DNA of 64,000 bases from assembly GCA_965204725.1 (NCBI GenBank), contig OZ242005.1, positions 1,152,001-1,216,000 on the forward strand. The letters are read 5' to 3'. Made by a program: the position numbers and the translations under genes. The stretch comes from Candidatus Latescibacterota bacterium. Its GTDB lineage: Bacteria; Latescibacterota; UBA2968; UBA8231. The notes beneath the pieces are model-generated. The model made no database searches. It saw only the letters and a program-made list of their open reading frames with translations, and was not told the origin of the DNA. Position 1 is the stretch's first letter, and each line of letters begins with the position of its first letter. Shown here one piece after another: positions 10,001-19,071 of the stretch.

Positions 10001-10240
10001 GTCAAATTGCTAAAAACGCTGAAGGCCGAGAAGCTGTGCGCGAGCCAGTGGCGCGACAAGCAAGCGACCCGAGATGCTGTCCGAGTTGCGATCTACGATT
10101 TCCTATGGGACGACAAGACCGGCTTACCCACAGGTGATTACTCGGAAGCCGAAGTCAAAACCAAGACAGACGATCTATTCCGGCACGTGTTCCGCGCCTA
10201 CCCAAAAGTGCCGTCCCCGTATTACGAAAACGCGGCGTGA
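7022..10240 (+). CDS. hsdR: Type I R-M restriction subunit R
   Basis: RADIVGFVNGLPLLFIECK nuclease motif, HTQGAGKS, DEAH, FTGTP, MWLTGFD, QAIARANR. Confidence 0.95.
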   Translation: MTPAPYTEDILVQRTTADYLEHQLGWESISAYNVEDFGPNSLLGRTSDREVVLTRHLYAALRSLNPGLPDAAYDDAVQQITATAASQTLVAANRKQYDLMRDGVPVTFHDDKGERMRQRLKVFDFETPENNHFLCVRELWVRGDLYRRRADIVGFVNGLPLLFIECKNIYRNLKAAFKQNFSDYKTTIPHLFQHNAVVMFGNGEQAKIGSITSQWEHFHEWKRLAEDEPGVVDMETLLKGVCNKRNFMDIVENFILFDESSGATRKILARNHQFLGVNRAVEAVCEREKRGGKLGVFWHTQGAGKSYSMVMFARKVHRKLGGSFTFLVLTDRDDLDRQIYKTFAGCGVVNHDRDPCRASDGRHLSQLLTEHKAYVFSLIQKFNVNPNTAYTDRDDIIVISDEAHRTQYGTLASNMRNALPNASYIGFTGTPLFKDDELTRRVFGEYVSTYDFQRAVEDEATVPLYYDARGDKLKVTIGDLNERIAAKLEELEIDDIDVQQRLEQALAQDYHVITAKQRLDQIARDFVRHYSTAWETGKAMLVCIDKITCVRMHRLIEFYWDEYANELEAELERTQDEQTEKQVAWMRETRMAVVVSEEQGEVEKFSKWDLDIIPHRRLIKEGMELPASMRDKPSFRNKQRMDLDDAFKESEHPFRIAIVCAMWLTGFDVPSLSTLYLDKPLKAHTLMQAIARANRVNEGKNNGLIVDYCGILKHLRHALATFAGAEPGGEGHAIDPTKPEEDLLADLAEAIALVRDFLAKGGAPFDDVIGRTGFGRTAAIVSCKEIVNENDETRQRFEVMCHEVFRKFKACINAPAVNDHRTDRDAIDIIYKSLQRDREQADISDILRTLSEVASEAVTVQPDTAVDRPLYDISRIDFERLKQEFKRSARQRTSVQRLKETVEKKLRRMLARNPLRTNFQRRYEEIVVAYNREKDRPTIEQTFEELLDLVQELDQEERRAAREGLDEESLAIFDLLQKSNLSAPKREQIKQVAVKLLKTLKAEKLCASQWRDKQATRDAVRVAIYDFLWDDKTGLPTGDYSEAEVKTKTDDLFRHVFRAYPKVPSPYYENAA

Positions 10241-10279
10241 AGTAGCGATGCGATGTTCCCGCCGCTCCAACCGAGTTTT

Positions 10280-11860
10280 ATGACGACGCGATTTTTCAAC
10301 ACGGCCGGTCCGGTCCGCCCGCAAAAGAACTACTGCATTCCGCCGCTTGACCGCTTGGAGCTCGACGATGTTCTCGCCCTCATCCGGGATGAGAAGTACT
10401 TCGTCTTGCATGCGCCGCGGCAGACGGGCAAGACATCCGCCCTCCTCGCGCTGCGCGATCTGCTGAACAGCAGGGGGACCTATCGCTGCGTGTACGCCAA
10501 CGTCGAGGCCGGCCAAGCGGCGCGGGAAGACATGGAGCGGGCGCTCCGCGCCGTTTTTTCGGAACTGGAGATACAGGCGAGTATAACCCTCGGCGACGAG
10601 TCGCTGGCTAGCTTGTGGCGCGAGGCACTGGACAGCGCCGGCCCGGTCGGTGCATTGCAACAGGTGCTGAGACACTGGGCGGTCGCCGACCCGAAGCCCC
10701 TCGTGCTGATGCTCGACGAAATCGACGCGCTCGTGGGCGACACGCTTTTGTCTGTCCTACGGCAATTGCGCGCGGGGTATCCGCAGCGGCCGACGCACTT
10801 CCCGCAAAGCGTGGTGCTGTGCGGCGTGCGCGATGTGCGCGACTACCGCATTCATTCGGGGGCGGAAAACGCGGTGATCGCCGGCGGCAGCGCGTTCAAC
10901 ATCAAGGCCGAGTCCCTGCGCTTGGGGGACTTCTCGGCCGGAGAAGTGCGGGCGCTGCTCGCCCAGCACACCGCGGCGACCGGACAGGCGTTCACCGCAG
11001 CCGCGGTGGATGCGGTGTGGGCGCGGACTCAAGGCCAGCCGTGGCTCGTCAATGCGCTGGCCTACGAAGCCTGTTTCCGCAATAAGGCAGGCCGCGACCG
11101 CGCTCGCCCGATTGCCGCGGACGACATCCTCGAAGCACAGGAACAACTCATCGCCAACCGCGAGACGCACCTCGACCAACTCGCCGACAAGCTGCAAGAA
11201 GACCGCGTGCGGCGCGTGGTTGAGCCGCTGTTGAGCGGCGGCGACGAGCGCGAGTTCACAATCCGCGACCTCGAATACGTGCGCGACCTAGGGCTAATCG
11301 CCCAAGGCGATCCGCTGCGCATCGCCAACCCCATCTACGCCGAGGTCGTGCCACGCGAACTGACCGCTGCGGCGCAGACCGGCTTGGTGCAGGACGCCGC
11401 TTGGTACATCGACGCCGCGGGCGGCTTAGAGGTCGATAAGCTGCTCGCCGCCTTCCAAGCGTTCTTCCGCGAACACTCGGAGCACTGGATAGCGCGTTTC
11501 GACTACCAAGAAGCGGGGCCGCAACTGCTCTTGCAGGCGTTTCTGCAAAGGATCGTCAACAGCGGCGGGCGCATTGAACGGGAGTACGGCTTGGGCCGGG
11601 GCCGTACCGACCTGCTCATTATCTGGCCGCAGGGTGGGCGGAAGCGCAAGTTCGTGGTCGAGTGCAAAATCCTGCGCCAGAGCTTGGAGCGAACCGTGCG
11701 CGACGGGCTGGCACAGACGGCCGGCTACATGGACCGCTGCGCGGCTGAGTCTGGGCACTTAGTCGTCTTTGACCGCACCGAAGGCCGACGCTGGGAAGAC
11801 AAGGTGTTCCGCCGGGAAGAGCCTGTGGTGGGCGGAACAATTACCGTGTGGGGGATGTAG
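10280..11860 (+). CDS. AAA-family ATPase with C-terminal PD-(D/E)XK nuclease-like domain
   Basis: RFFNTAGP, APRQTGKT Walker A, MLDEID Walker B, C-terminal REYGLGRGRTDL...VVECK; paralog of 27924..29501. Confidence 0.85.
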   Translation: MTTRFFNTAGPVRPQKNYCIPPLDRLELDDVLALIRDEKYFVLHAPRQTGKTSALLALRDLLNSRGTYRCVYANVEAGQAAREDMERALRAVFSELEIQASITLGDESLASLWREALDSAGPVGALQQVLRHWAVADPKPLVLMLDEIDALVGDTLLSVLRQLRAGYPQRPTHFPQSVVLCGVRDVRDYRIHSGAENAVIAGGSAFNIKAESLRLGDFSAGEVRALLAQHTAATGQAFTAAAVDAVWARTQGQPWLVNALAYEACFRNKAGRDRARPIAADDILEAQEQLIANRETHLDQLADKLQEDRVRRVVEPLLSGGDEREFTIRDLEYVRDLGLIAQGDPLRIANPIYAEVVPRELTAAAQTGLVQDAAWYIDAAGGLEVDKLLAAFQAFFREHSEHWIARFDYQEAGPQLLLQAFLQRIVNSGGRIEREYGLGRGRTDLLIIWPQGGRKRKFVVECKILRQSLERTVRDGLAQTAGYMDRCAAESGHLVVFDRTEGRRWEDKVFRREEPVVGGTITVWGM

Positions 11861-11901
11861 AGGCGGGTCTAGTGTCGCTGGTAACGGGAAGTAGCGTTAC
11901 A

Positions 11902-11935
11902 GCCAGAGTCGCGGCCAGAGTCGCGGCCAGAGTCG
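11902..11935 (+). repeat. 12-bp tandem repeat GCCAGAGTCGCG x2.8
   Basis: Read directly; translates as QPESRPESRPES* from 11900. Confidence 0.9.
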
Positions 11936-11966
11936 TAAATTATAACCAGCTAAAGGAGATTTTTCG

Positions 11967-12773
11967 ATGAGCACGAAAACTTTGTTCTTAGCATGGCAAG
12001 ATCAAGACAAAAGAAAGAAGATCCACCCATGGTTTCCGGTGGGCAGGTTGGACGTCGAGCCGTCGCTTTATCGATTCCGCTATATCGGCGGTGCGAAACG
12101 CGCAGAAAGGGAAATTGGATTTTCTCCATTAATCGATTTTCCTTGGTTGAGTAGCGATTATCGTTCCTCAGAGTTGTTTGCGTTGTTCAGGAATCGCGTC
12201 ATGGCGAAGGGAAGGCCAGACCGCATGGATTACCTGCGCTGCCTTGGTCTCTCGGAGGATGCGACCCCTGCTGAAATTCTATCGGTCAATGGCGGTACGC
12301 GCGTCACGGACGCCTACGAGGTATTCCCCAAACTCGAAAAGGACGCCGATGGCTGTTTTGCCTGTCGCTTCTTCCTGCACGGTTGGCAACGTGTCAGTGA
12401 AGCGGCTCAAAAGCGGATTGATGAACTCAAGCCAGAAGACGAACTGTACGTAACCCTCGAATTGACCAATCCGGCGACCAAGCTGGCCGTGCAACTCCAG
12501 ACGACGGACTATTGTATGATCGGCTGGACGCCGCGCTATCTCGTGAACGACTTGGCCCTAGCGATGACCGAAGGCCCCAATGACTACACCGCGAAAGTAG
12601 TGCGCGTTAATCCGATGCCAGCGCCGTCAAGGCAGCGCGTTTTGATTGAGATGCGCGGTTGTTGGAAAAAGCACGAGCCGATGAGCGGCGAAGATTTCCA
12701 GCCTTTGGTCTCTGACCGCATCGCGGTAGATCCAACTGTTGACGATCCAAGACGTTATCGCGTCGCCTTGTAA
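11967..12773 (+). CDS. HIRAN-domain protein with HipA-N-like N-terminal domain
   Basis: LFLAWQD..WFPVGRLD..YRFRY..LFALFRNRVM..RPD..GGTRVTDAYEVFP, then FFLHG..LE.TNP...AVQL...IGWTPRYLV; AAGGAG RBS. Confidence 0.75.
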   Translation: MSTKTLFLAWQDQDKRKKIHPWFPVGRLDVEPSLYRFRYIGGAKRAEREIGFSPLIDFPWLSSDYRSSELFALFRNRVMAKGRPDRMDYLRCLGLSEDATPAEILSVNGGTRVTDAYEVFPKLEKDADGCFACRFFLHGWQRVSEAAQKRIDELKPEDELYVTLELTNPATKLAVQLQTTDYCMIGWTPRYLVNDLALAMTEGPNDYTAKVVRVNPMPAPSRQRVLIEMRGCWKKHEPMSGEDFQPLVSDRIAVDPTVDDPRRYRVAL

Positions 12774-12984
12774 TTTCCAGCAGCGTTGCGCCATTCGTCG
12801 TCTCCTGTGCATTTTGTACAAGCGGTGCTTGCTTATACTGGTTCGACAATTTCTGTGGTTGCCCGCTCTACGGGGCGATATATTACCCATCGTTCCCACT
12901 GCGCGCCGAGAAAGGAGGGGCTTTAGCACAGGCGAGCGGCAGGCTTTTTGTCGAGTTGTTTTACTCTAAAACGAGGGAAATCGC

Positions 12985-13914
12985 ATGAGAACGCATGCAC
13001 AGATGCTGTTGGGAGGGGCCTTGGCGCTCCTCGTCAGTGCGACCGCTTGGGGGCACGTGGGGGTTGAGTATTTTTATCCGCAAGTGCCCGATCCAGCCGC
13101 TATGGTCATGGACGGCAAAGACGACGACTGGGGCTGGCTCGACCAAGATGAGTTTGCCATTACCACTGAGCAGATGTTTGGCCAGCAAGGCGAGGAGATT
13201 TCGCGCGACGATATCGACGTGGCCTTCTGGATGGCGTGGAGCGCGCCGCCGGACAATCGGCTCTACTTCTATGCGGTGGTGACCGACGACACGCTCAAGT
13301 TGCTCGAATCCGATCAGAAGCGCTGGTGGTCGGACGACATCATCCAGATCACGTTTGATGCCGATCACTCGGGCGGCGACTTCTTAGGCGAAAACTTGGA
13401 CCATGTGCTCAATGGTCAGCGCTACCACCTCCGCATCAATCCAGGACCGGGCCAGCCGGTGGCGTACAACAGCCAACTCGAATACATCGACCTGCCGGAG
13501 ATCGGCTGGAGCTCGGATGTGTTCAACGGCGAGCCAACGCCTTGGTTCGAGGTGGGCTGGACCCTGCTGCCATCGGGGGCCGGGCACGGATCGACCAATG
13601 TCACGTGGACCATGGAGTTCCGCTGCGCTCTGTGGGACAGCTATGCGACGACGCCCGAGGAGAGCGTGCGCCACGTGTTCGAGGAAAATCAGGTGATACA
13701 CATAGGCCCCAAGTTCAACGACCGCGAGCCTGTGGCCTCGGACGAAGCGTCGCCGTTCCGGCACAACTTGCTGCCCTTGGGATCGGCCGCCGCGCAAGAC
13801 CAAAAGGGCGATCAAATGCCCGATTGGATCGGCTTGGGCACCGACGAGCCGACGTCCGTGGCGGACAACTCGTGGGGGCGGATTAAGAGCCACTTGCAAG
13901 GCCAGTTGGATTGA
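12985..13914 (+). CDS. Secreted protein with CBM9/DOMON-like sugar-binding fold and C-terminal WGRIK motif
   Basis: Signal peptide (ATAWG), MDGKDDDW, RLYFYAVVTDD, DIIQITFDADHSGG, WTMEFR; ends TSVADNSWGRIK. Confidence 0.65.
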   Translation: MRTHAQMLLGGALALLVSATAWGHVGVEYFYPQVPDPAAMVMDGKDDDWGWLDQDEFAITTEQMFGQQGEEISRDDIDVAFWMAWSAPPDNRLYFYAVVTDDTLKLLESDQKRWWSDDIIQITFDADHSGGDFLGENLDHVLNGQRYHLRINPGPGQPVAYNSQLEYIDLPEIGWSSDVFNGEPTPWFEVGWTLLPSGAGHGSTNVTWTMEFRCALWDSYATTPEESVRHVFEENQVIHIGPKFNDREPVASDEASPFRHNLLPLGSAAAQDQKGDQMPDWIGLGTDEPTSVADNSWGRIKSHLQGQLD

Positions 13915-14008
13915 GAAGCGAAAACCTCAACCTGCTAACGCAAGCGGTGTCGGCCGGAGCATGCCGACACCGCTTTGCTGTTGGGTGTCCTTGGAAGGGT
14001 CGGTTCCA

Positions 14009-15640
14009 ATGAACATCTCCGCGCTCGATGGGGCGATCATCGCGGCCTTCCTGATTGGGGTCGTCGGCATCGCGGTTGCGAGCAGCCGCCGGGTCCGCGG
14101 CCCGAGCGACTTCTTCCTCGCTGGGCGCAGTATGCGCTGGCCCTTTGTCGGCGCATCCCTGTTTGCCACCAACATTTCCGCCGAGCAGTTCGTCGGGCAA
14201 GCGGGTTTGGCCTTTGTCGTCGGCTTGGCGGTCGCCAATTACCAGCTTGCCGGCGTCTTGGCCTTCGTGGCGATGGGGGCGGTTTTTCTGCCTATATACA
14301 TGCGGCTGGGGCTGTACACCACACCGGAGTTCTTGGAGCGGCGCTACGGCCCAGAAAGCCGCCGCTTCTTCTCTTTAATCACCCTCGTGACCATTGCCTT
14401 TGCCGGCATCCCCGGGTCCCTGTACGCCGGCGGGCGGGTGATGGAGGTGCTCTTTGGCTTTGAGTCGATTGTGCCGGGGGTGCTAATTTTGGCACTGGCG
14501 GTCGGCCCATACGCCATGGCGGGCGGGTTGCGCACCGTCATCTTGACGGATTTTGTCCAGTGCTTGCTGCTGGTGGTCGGGGGCGCGGCCATGCTCTATG
14601 TGGGCTTGGATTATCTGGGGGGCTGGGGTGCTTTTGCGGCCCGGATGCAGGCGTTGCAGGGGGCCGGCGATTGGGACATGCTGTCGCTGGTGCAGCCGCT
14701 CGATCATCCCAACGTGCCTTGGACCGGCGTGGTGCTGGGCCTGACGGTCCATGCCTTGGCCTTTGGTGCGACGAGTCACGTCATGGTGCAACGCGCCTTG
14801 GCGGCCCGTAGCGTCCACGAGGCGCGCATGGGGGGGCTGCTGGCCGGGCTGCTCAAGGTGGTCGCGGTCTTTATCGTGCTGATTCCCGGGCTGATAGGGT
14901 ATGTCATGGCGCAGGGGCCGCAGCCGCTGCTCGAAGTCGCCAGCCCGGATCAGCTCTATCCGGCGATGGTGCAAACCTTGCTGCCGACCGGCTTGGTGGG
15001 CTTGGTGTTGGCCGGGCTGATCGCGGCCCTGATGAGCTCGTTGGACTCGGAGATTTGCGCGGCCTCGGGCCTGTTTGCCATGGATTGGTATCAGCCGTAT
15101 CGGCCGGCGGCAACGCAGCAGCGCGTGGTGTGGGCGGGGCGCGTCTTGGCGGGCGTCGTGGTCGCCATCGGCGTGGTGTGGGCGATTGTGGTCATTCCGC
15201 AGTTCCGCTTCCTCTACGAGTATCTGGCCAAATTTGCCTCGTACCTACCCGGGGCGGTTGTGGCCTGCTTTTTGTGGGGCATCCTGTCGCAGCGGCCCAC
15301 GCGCAAAGCGGCCTTTGCCACCCTCATCACCGGGTCGCTCTTAGGAGTCTTGTTGTGGCTGGCCCACGACTCGGAGACCGTCCATCGGCTCGTCTGCGGA
15401 GACGCGGGCCTCGGCTGGGCCTTTTTGGATATGCACTTCCTACACGCGGCCTTCGTCGTTTTCGCGGTGTCGAGTGCGTTGCTTTTTGGCTTTAGCTTCG
15501 CGTTTGGTGACGAGGGGTCGGCGCTCTTAGAGCAAGGGGACGCGGCATGGATGCCGAGCCGGAAGCAGGATCGAGTGTATTGGCTGGGCGCGGCGGGGTT
15601 GGTGGTGATCTACGGCGCGGTGTATTGGTACTTTTTTTAG
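14009..15640 (+). CDS. Sodium:solute symporter (SSS/SLC5 family)
   Basis: DFFLAGRSM, SLFATNIS, TTPEFLERRY, GGLRTVILTD, VQRALAA, AALMSSLDS; many TM segments. Confidence 0.93.
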   Translation: MNISALDGAIIAAFLIGVVGIAVASSRRVRGPSDFFLAGRSMRWPFVGASLFATNISAEQFVGQAGLAFVVGLAVANYQLAGVLAFVAMGAVFLPIYMRLGLYTTPEFLERRYGPESRRFFSLITLVTIAFAGIPGSLYAGGRVMEVLFGFESIVPGVLILALAVGPYAMAGGLRTVILTDFVQCLLLVVGGAAMLYVGLDYLGGWGAFAARMQALQGAGDWDMLSLVQPLDHPNVPWTGVVLGLTVHALAFGATSHVMVQRALAARSVHEARMGGLLAGLLKVVAVFIVLIPGLIGYVMAQGPQPLLEVASPDQLYPAMVQTLLPTGLVGLVLAGLIAALMSSLDSEICAASGLFAMDWYQPYRPAATQQRVVWAGRVLAGVVVAIGVVWAIVVIPQFRFLYEYLAKFASYLPGAVVACFLWGILSQRPTRKAAFATLITGSLLGVLLWLAHDSETVHRLVCGDAGLGWAFLDMHFLHAAFVVFAVSSALLFGFSFAFGDEGSALLEQGDAAWMPSRKQDRVYWLGAAGLVVIYGAVYWYFF

Positions 15641-15673
15641 ATTTTTGGCTGTCATCAACCCAAGGAGAAATCA

Positions 15674-16726
15674 ATGGAAAATCGTCCGCAAGTACTCATC
15701 GCTTGTAGCGAGCGGGTGCGCCATGGCTACCTGCCGCCCGAGGAACTGACGCGCCTAGGGCAGGTTGCCGACTGGGCGTGGTTTGCCTGCGAAGGCGGCA
15801 ACATTTACCGCGCCAGCGAAGACGCCGCGGCCACCGCGCAGTTGGCAGGGGAAATGGCGGCCGTAGATGCGCTCGTGGTCTGCCACGGTGCCCCGAGGAT
15901 TGGGGCCGCCGTGTTGGCAGCGGCCCCTCGGCTGCGCTTCATCGGCGAACTGGAAGGCGACCGCTTTGCCACCCGCATTGACTTAGACGCGGCGTGGGCG
16001 CGGGACATCCGCACGGTGGATACGACGAATGGCTCGTCCTATCCGGTGGCCGAGTGGGCCTTGGCGCTGACGCTGATTGCCATGCGCAACGCCGGTGCGC
16101 TCTTCCGCCGCATCCTCGCGGGGAATACCCAAAACCGCTCCACCCTTGAGCCGATGGCCGGCATGCTCACCGGCAAGCGGGTGGGGTTGATCGGCGGCGG
16201 CCATCTAGGGCGGCGGCTGATGAAACTGTTGCGGCCCTTTGAGGTCGAGCTGTGGGTCTGCGATCCGTACTTGCCGCAGGAGCTGGCCGAGGCGTTGGGC
16301 TTTTTGCAAACGTCGCTGGACAACGTGCTGTCGCAATGCGATGCCATTGTCTGCGTCGCGCCCCTGACGCCGCAGACTAAGGGCCTGATTGGCCGCCGCG
16401 AGTTGGAGCTCATTCCGGCGGGAGCGGCTTTGGTCAACGTGTCGCGCGGCCCCATTTTCGACTCCGCCGCCCTGATTGAGCGGCTCAAGCGCGGCGACAT
16501 TGCCGCCGGCTTGGATGTATTCGACCCGGAGCCGATCCCGGCCGATAGCGAGATTATCAGCCTGCCCAACGTGTTTTTGACTCCGCACTTTTCCGGGCGC
16601 ACCGGCGACGAATACCCGCACTTCTTCCGCCTCATGGTCGATGAATTAGAGCGTTTTTTCGCGGGCCACGAGACCTACTTCGACCTGACGCCGCGCTCGC
16701 GTGCCAACCGCGAGGGACGCCCGTGA
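15674..16726 (+). CDS. D-isomer-specific 2-hydroxyacid dehydrogenase family protein
   Basis: VGLIGGGHLG, LVNVSRG, GLDVFDPEP, LTPHFSG. Confidence 0.92.
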   Translation: MENRPQVLIACSERVRHGYLPPEELTRLGQVADWAWFACEGGNIYRASEDAAATAQLAGEMAAVDALVVCHGAPRIGAAVLAAAPRLRFIGELEGDRFATRIDLDAAWARDIRTVDTTNGSSYPVAEWALALTLIAMRNAGALFRRILAGNTQNRSTLEPMAGMLTGKRVGLIGGGHLGRRLMKLLRPFEVELWVCDPYLPQELAEALGFLQTSLDNVLSQCDAIVCVAPLTPQTKGLIGRRELELIPAGAALVNVSRGPIFDSAALIERLKRGDIAAGLDVFDPEPIPADSEIISLPNVFLTPHFSGRTGDEYPHFFRLMVDELERFFAGHETYFDLTPRSRANREGRP

Positions 16727-18168
16727 AACGCCCCAACGTCCTCTACATCTTCACGGATCAGCAGCGCGTGGATACGCTGCGCTGCTACGGCAACACCCAG
16801 ATCGAGACCCCGGCCCTCGACTCGCTAGCCGCCAGCGGCTTTGTCTTTGAAAACGCCTATGTGAGCCAGCCGGTGTGCAGCCCGGCGCGGGCCACCATGC
16901 TGACCGGGCTGTGGCCACACGCGGCCGGTGTGCCGGCGTGCAATGTGCCGCTGGCCGCGGAGGTGCCGACCTTTGCCGAGATGCTGCCGCCGGACTACCA
17001 GACGGCCTTTATGGGCAAATGGCACTTGGGGGATGAGATTTTTCCCCAGCACGGCTTTACCACGTGGGTCGGCAGCGAAGACTCGTACCGGCGTTCCTAC
17101 TCCGCGCCGGAGCGGCTAGCGGTGCTCAGCCCGTATCACCACTTCTTGGTTGAGCAGGGGTTCGCGCCCGATGCGGAAAGCCTCGGCCAGCGCGTGTTCT
17201 CGCGCCACGCCCAAGCGTCCATGCCGGAGGAATACACCAAGGCGGTGTTTTTGGGCGAGCAGGCCGCCGAGTACATCCGCCAGAGCGGCGACGCGCCGTT
17301 CGCGCTGTGCGTCAGCTATCTGGAGCCGCATCCGCCGCACACTGGGCCGCTCAACGACTATTACGCCCCAGCGGTGCTGCCGACCGGGCCGAGCTTTCGG
17401 CAGCCTCCGCCGGCCGACGCGCCTTTGATCGTGCGGCTGATGGCGTCCTTTTACTCGGCCTCGGAAAACTACGGGTTGGACTTGCAGACGGAGGCTGGCT
17501 GGCGCGGGCTGATGGCCCGCTATTGGGGCAATGTGACGCTGGTAGATCGCTCGGTAGCCCGGATCCTCGCGGCTTTGGACGACAGCGGCAAGGCCGACGA
17601 TACCGTGGTGATTTTTACGTCGGATCACGGCGAACTCATGGGCGATCACGGCATTTTGGGCAAGACCCTGATGTACGAGGAGTCGATCAAGGTGCCGCTG
17701 CTGCTGCGTGCGCCCATGCTCGGCGTGGGGCATCGGCGCATCGGCGGCCGGTTCAGCCACATCGACTTGGTGCCCACGCTGCTCGACTTGCTGGGGATAG
17801 AAGCACCGGACCATTTGCAGGGGCAGAGCCGGGTGCCGGTGCTGCGCGGCCGCTCGGACTTGGCGGCCAACGACGTGTTTGTCGAGTGGAGCGGCACCGA
17901 CGGCCACCCGCCGGCCTCGATTGGCGAAGCCGAGCCGAACCGCAGCTTCGTCCATCCCCTCCGCACCCTTGTCGCAGCCGATGGCTGGAAGCTCAATCTG
18001 TACGGCGAGGGCCAAGGCGAGCTATACGACCTGAACGCCGACCCCCACGAGTTGGAGAATCTATACTACCGGCCCGAGCAGCGAGCGCGGATCGGCGAAT
18101 TGAGCGAGCGGATTCGCGCTTGGCAGGCGCAGACTGGGGACGAGGTAGCGCTGCCCGGCCTCGATTGA
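16723..18168 (+). CDS. Formylglycine-dependent sulfatase
   Basis: PNVLYIFTDQQR, CSPAR, GKWHLG, FTSDHG, ELYDLNADPHE; GTGA overlap. Confidence 0.93.
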   Translation: MKRPNVLYIFTDQQRVDTLRCYGNTQIETPALDSLAASGFVFENAYVSQPVCSPARATMLTGLWPHAAGVPACNVPLAAEVPTFAEMLPPDYQTAFMGKWHLGDEIFPQHGFTTWVGSEDSYRRSYSAPERLAVLSPYHHFLVEQGFAPDAESLGQRVFSRHAQASMPEEYTKAVFLGEQAAEYIRQSGDAPFALCVSYLEPHPPHTGPLNDYYAPAVLPTGPSFRQPPPADAPLIVRLMASFYSASENYGLDLQTEAGWRGLMARYWGNVTLVDRSVARILAALDDSGKADDTVVIFTSDHGELMGDHGILGKTLMYEESIKVPLLLRAPMLGVGHRRIGGRFSHIDLVPTLLDLLGIEAPDHLQGQSRVPVLRGRSDLAANDVFVEWSGTDGHPPASIGEAEPNRSFVHPLRTLVAADGWKLNLYGEGQGELYDLNADPHELENLYYRPEQRARIGELSERIRAWQAQTGDEVALPGLD

Positions 18169-18182
18169 AGGAAACAGTGGGG

Positions 18183-18671
18183 CTAACTACAGCCGGCGTA
18201 CAAACTCTTCAATACGTCTTTGAACCCTTCCATTTCTTCGTGGAATTTTTCCCAGACGTCCTCCATCTCGGTGGCCAATCCGCGGCACAACTCCCAGCGC
18301 AATTGTGTACCGTATATATTCCTAAAAAGATGGCGGAAGCGCAGATAGGGGCGCAGTGCGTCTGCGAGGTCTGGGCTAAGGACGGCCGGGCGCACCGACT
18401 CTATTTCGCTCGTCATCCGGCCTAAAAGTTGCGTGTGCCAATAGGCACCGACAGGTAGTTCGCCATCGAGCTCGCTGGCGATGTGCTCTAGGAGCTGTTC
18501 CATGCCGGTATAGAAGTCGTGGAGGATGCTGCCAATGCCGCGCAGTTCCAGAGTGGTGGGCGATCCGTTGATTTTTTTGAGGGTCTCCCGACCTTCCGCC
18601 ACCACGGCGGCGAGCTGTTCTAGTGCGCGGTCAATGTCGGCCCGCAGCAGCAGGAACTTCTGTGCGCTCAT
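18183..18671 (-). CDS. HEPN-domain toxin (HepT/DUF86-like)
   Basis: LHDFYTGME..L..IA, WHTQLL, FRHLFRNIYG; overlaps the MNT gene; start set at ATG 18671. Confidence 0.85.
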   Translation of the reverse strand: MSAQKFLLLRADIDRALEQLAAVVAEGRETLKKINGSPTTLELRGIGSILHDFYTGMEQLLEHIASELDGELPVGAYWHTQLLGRMTSEIESVRPAVLSPDLADALRPYLRFRHLFRNIYGTQLRWELCRGLATEMEDVWEKFHEEMEGFKDVLKSLYAGCS

Positions 18672-19023
18672 GCAGTAGCACTCCCTCGTTGGCAACGCAC
18701 TTGAGCAGGGCTGGCGTCGCTGACTCAAGTAGAATCAAATCGACCTCGCGGCCTGCTAGCTCGGCGACTTCTGCTAACACCGCAAAGTAGCGTTCCGGTG
18801 CCAAGCCCGCGACGACCAAGTCGATATCCGAACGCGAGTGAAAACCGCGACCTCTGGCCAGCGAGCCGATTAGATACACGCGCTCGGCCCCGTACTCCTC
18901 GACTAAGGCTGTGGCGCAGACCTGCGCTTGCGCCCGCGCTTGGCGTGCGGCTTGGTCGAGTGCTTCCCGCTCTTGGCGCAGACGCTTTTGCCAAGCCTCG
19001 ATATACGATCTGTCGGTGTGCAT
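18631..19023 (-). CDS. Minimal nucleotidyltransferase (MNT) antitoxin
   Basis: VYLIGSLARG...SDIDLVV...VDLI (GSx10DxD motif). Confidence 0.9.
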   Translation of the reverse strand: MHTDRSYIEAWQKRLRQEREALDQAARQARAQAQVCATALVEEYGAERVYLIGSLARGRGFHSRSDIDLVVAGLAPERYFAVLAEVAELAGREVDLILLESATPALLKCVANEGVLLHERTEVPAAAGRH

Positions 19024-19071
19024 ACGTCGAAGTATAACAGAAGCCGGGGCCGGAATCCACTGTACGCACGG

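Noticed and set aside
17116-18425. Long alternative-frame and antisense ORFs here and across the GC-rich genes
   Set aside because: Arg/Pro/Ala-rich shadows expected at high GC, with no motifs, overlapping well-supported genes.
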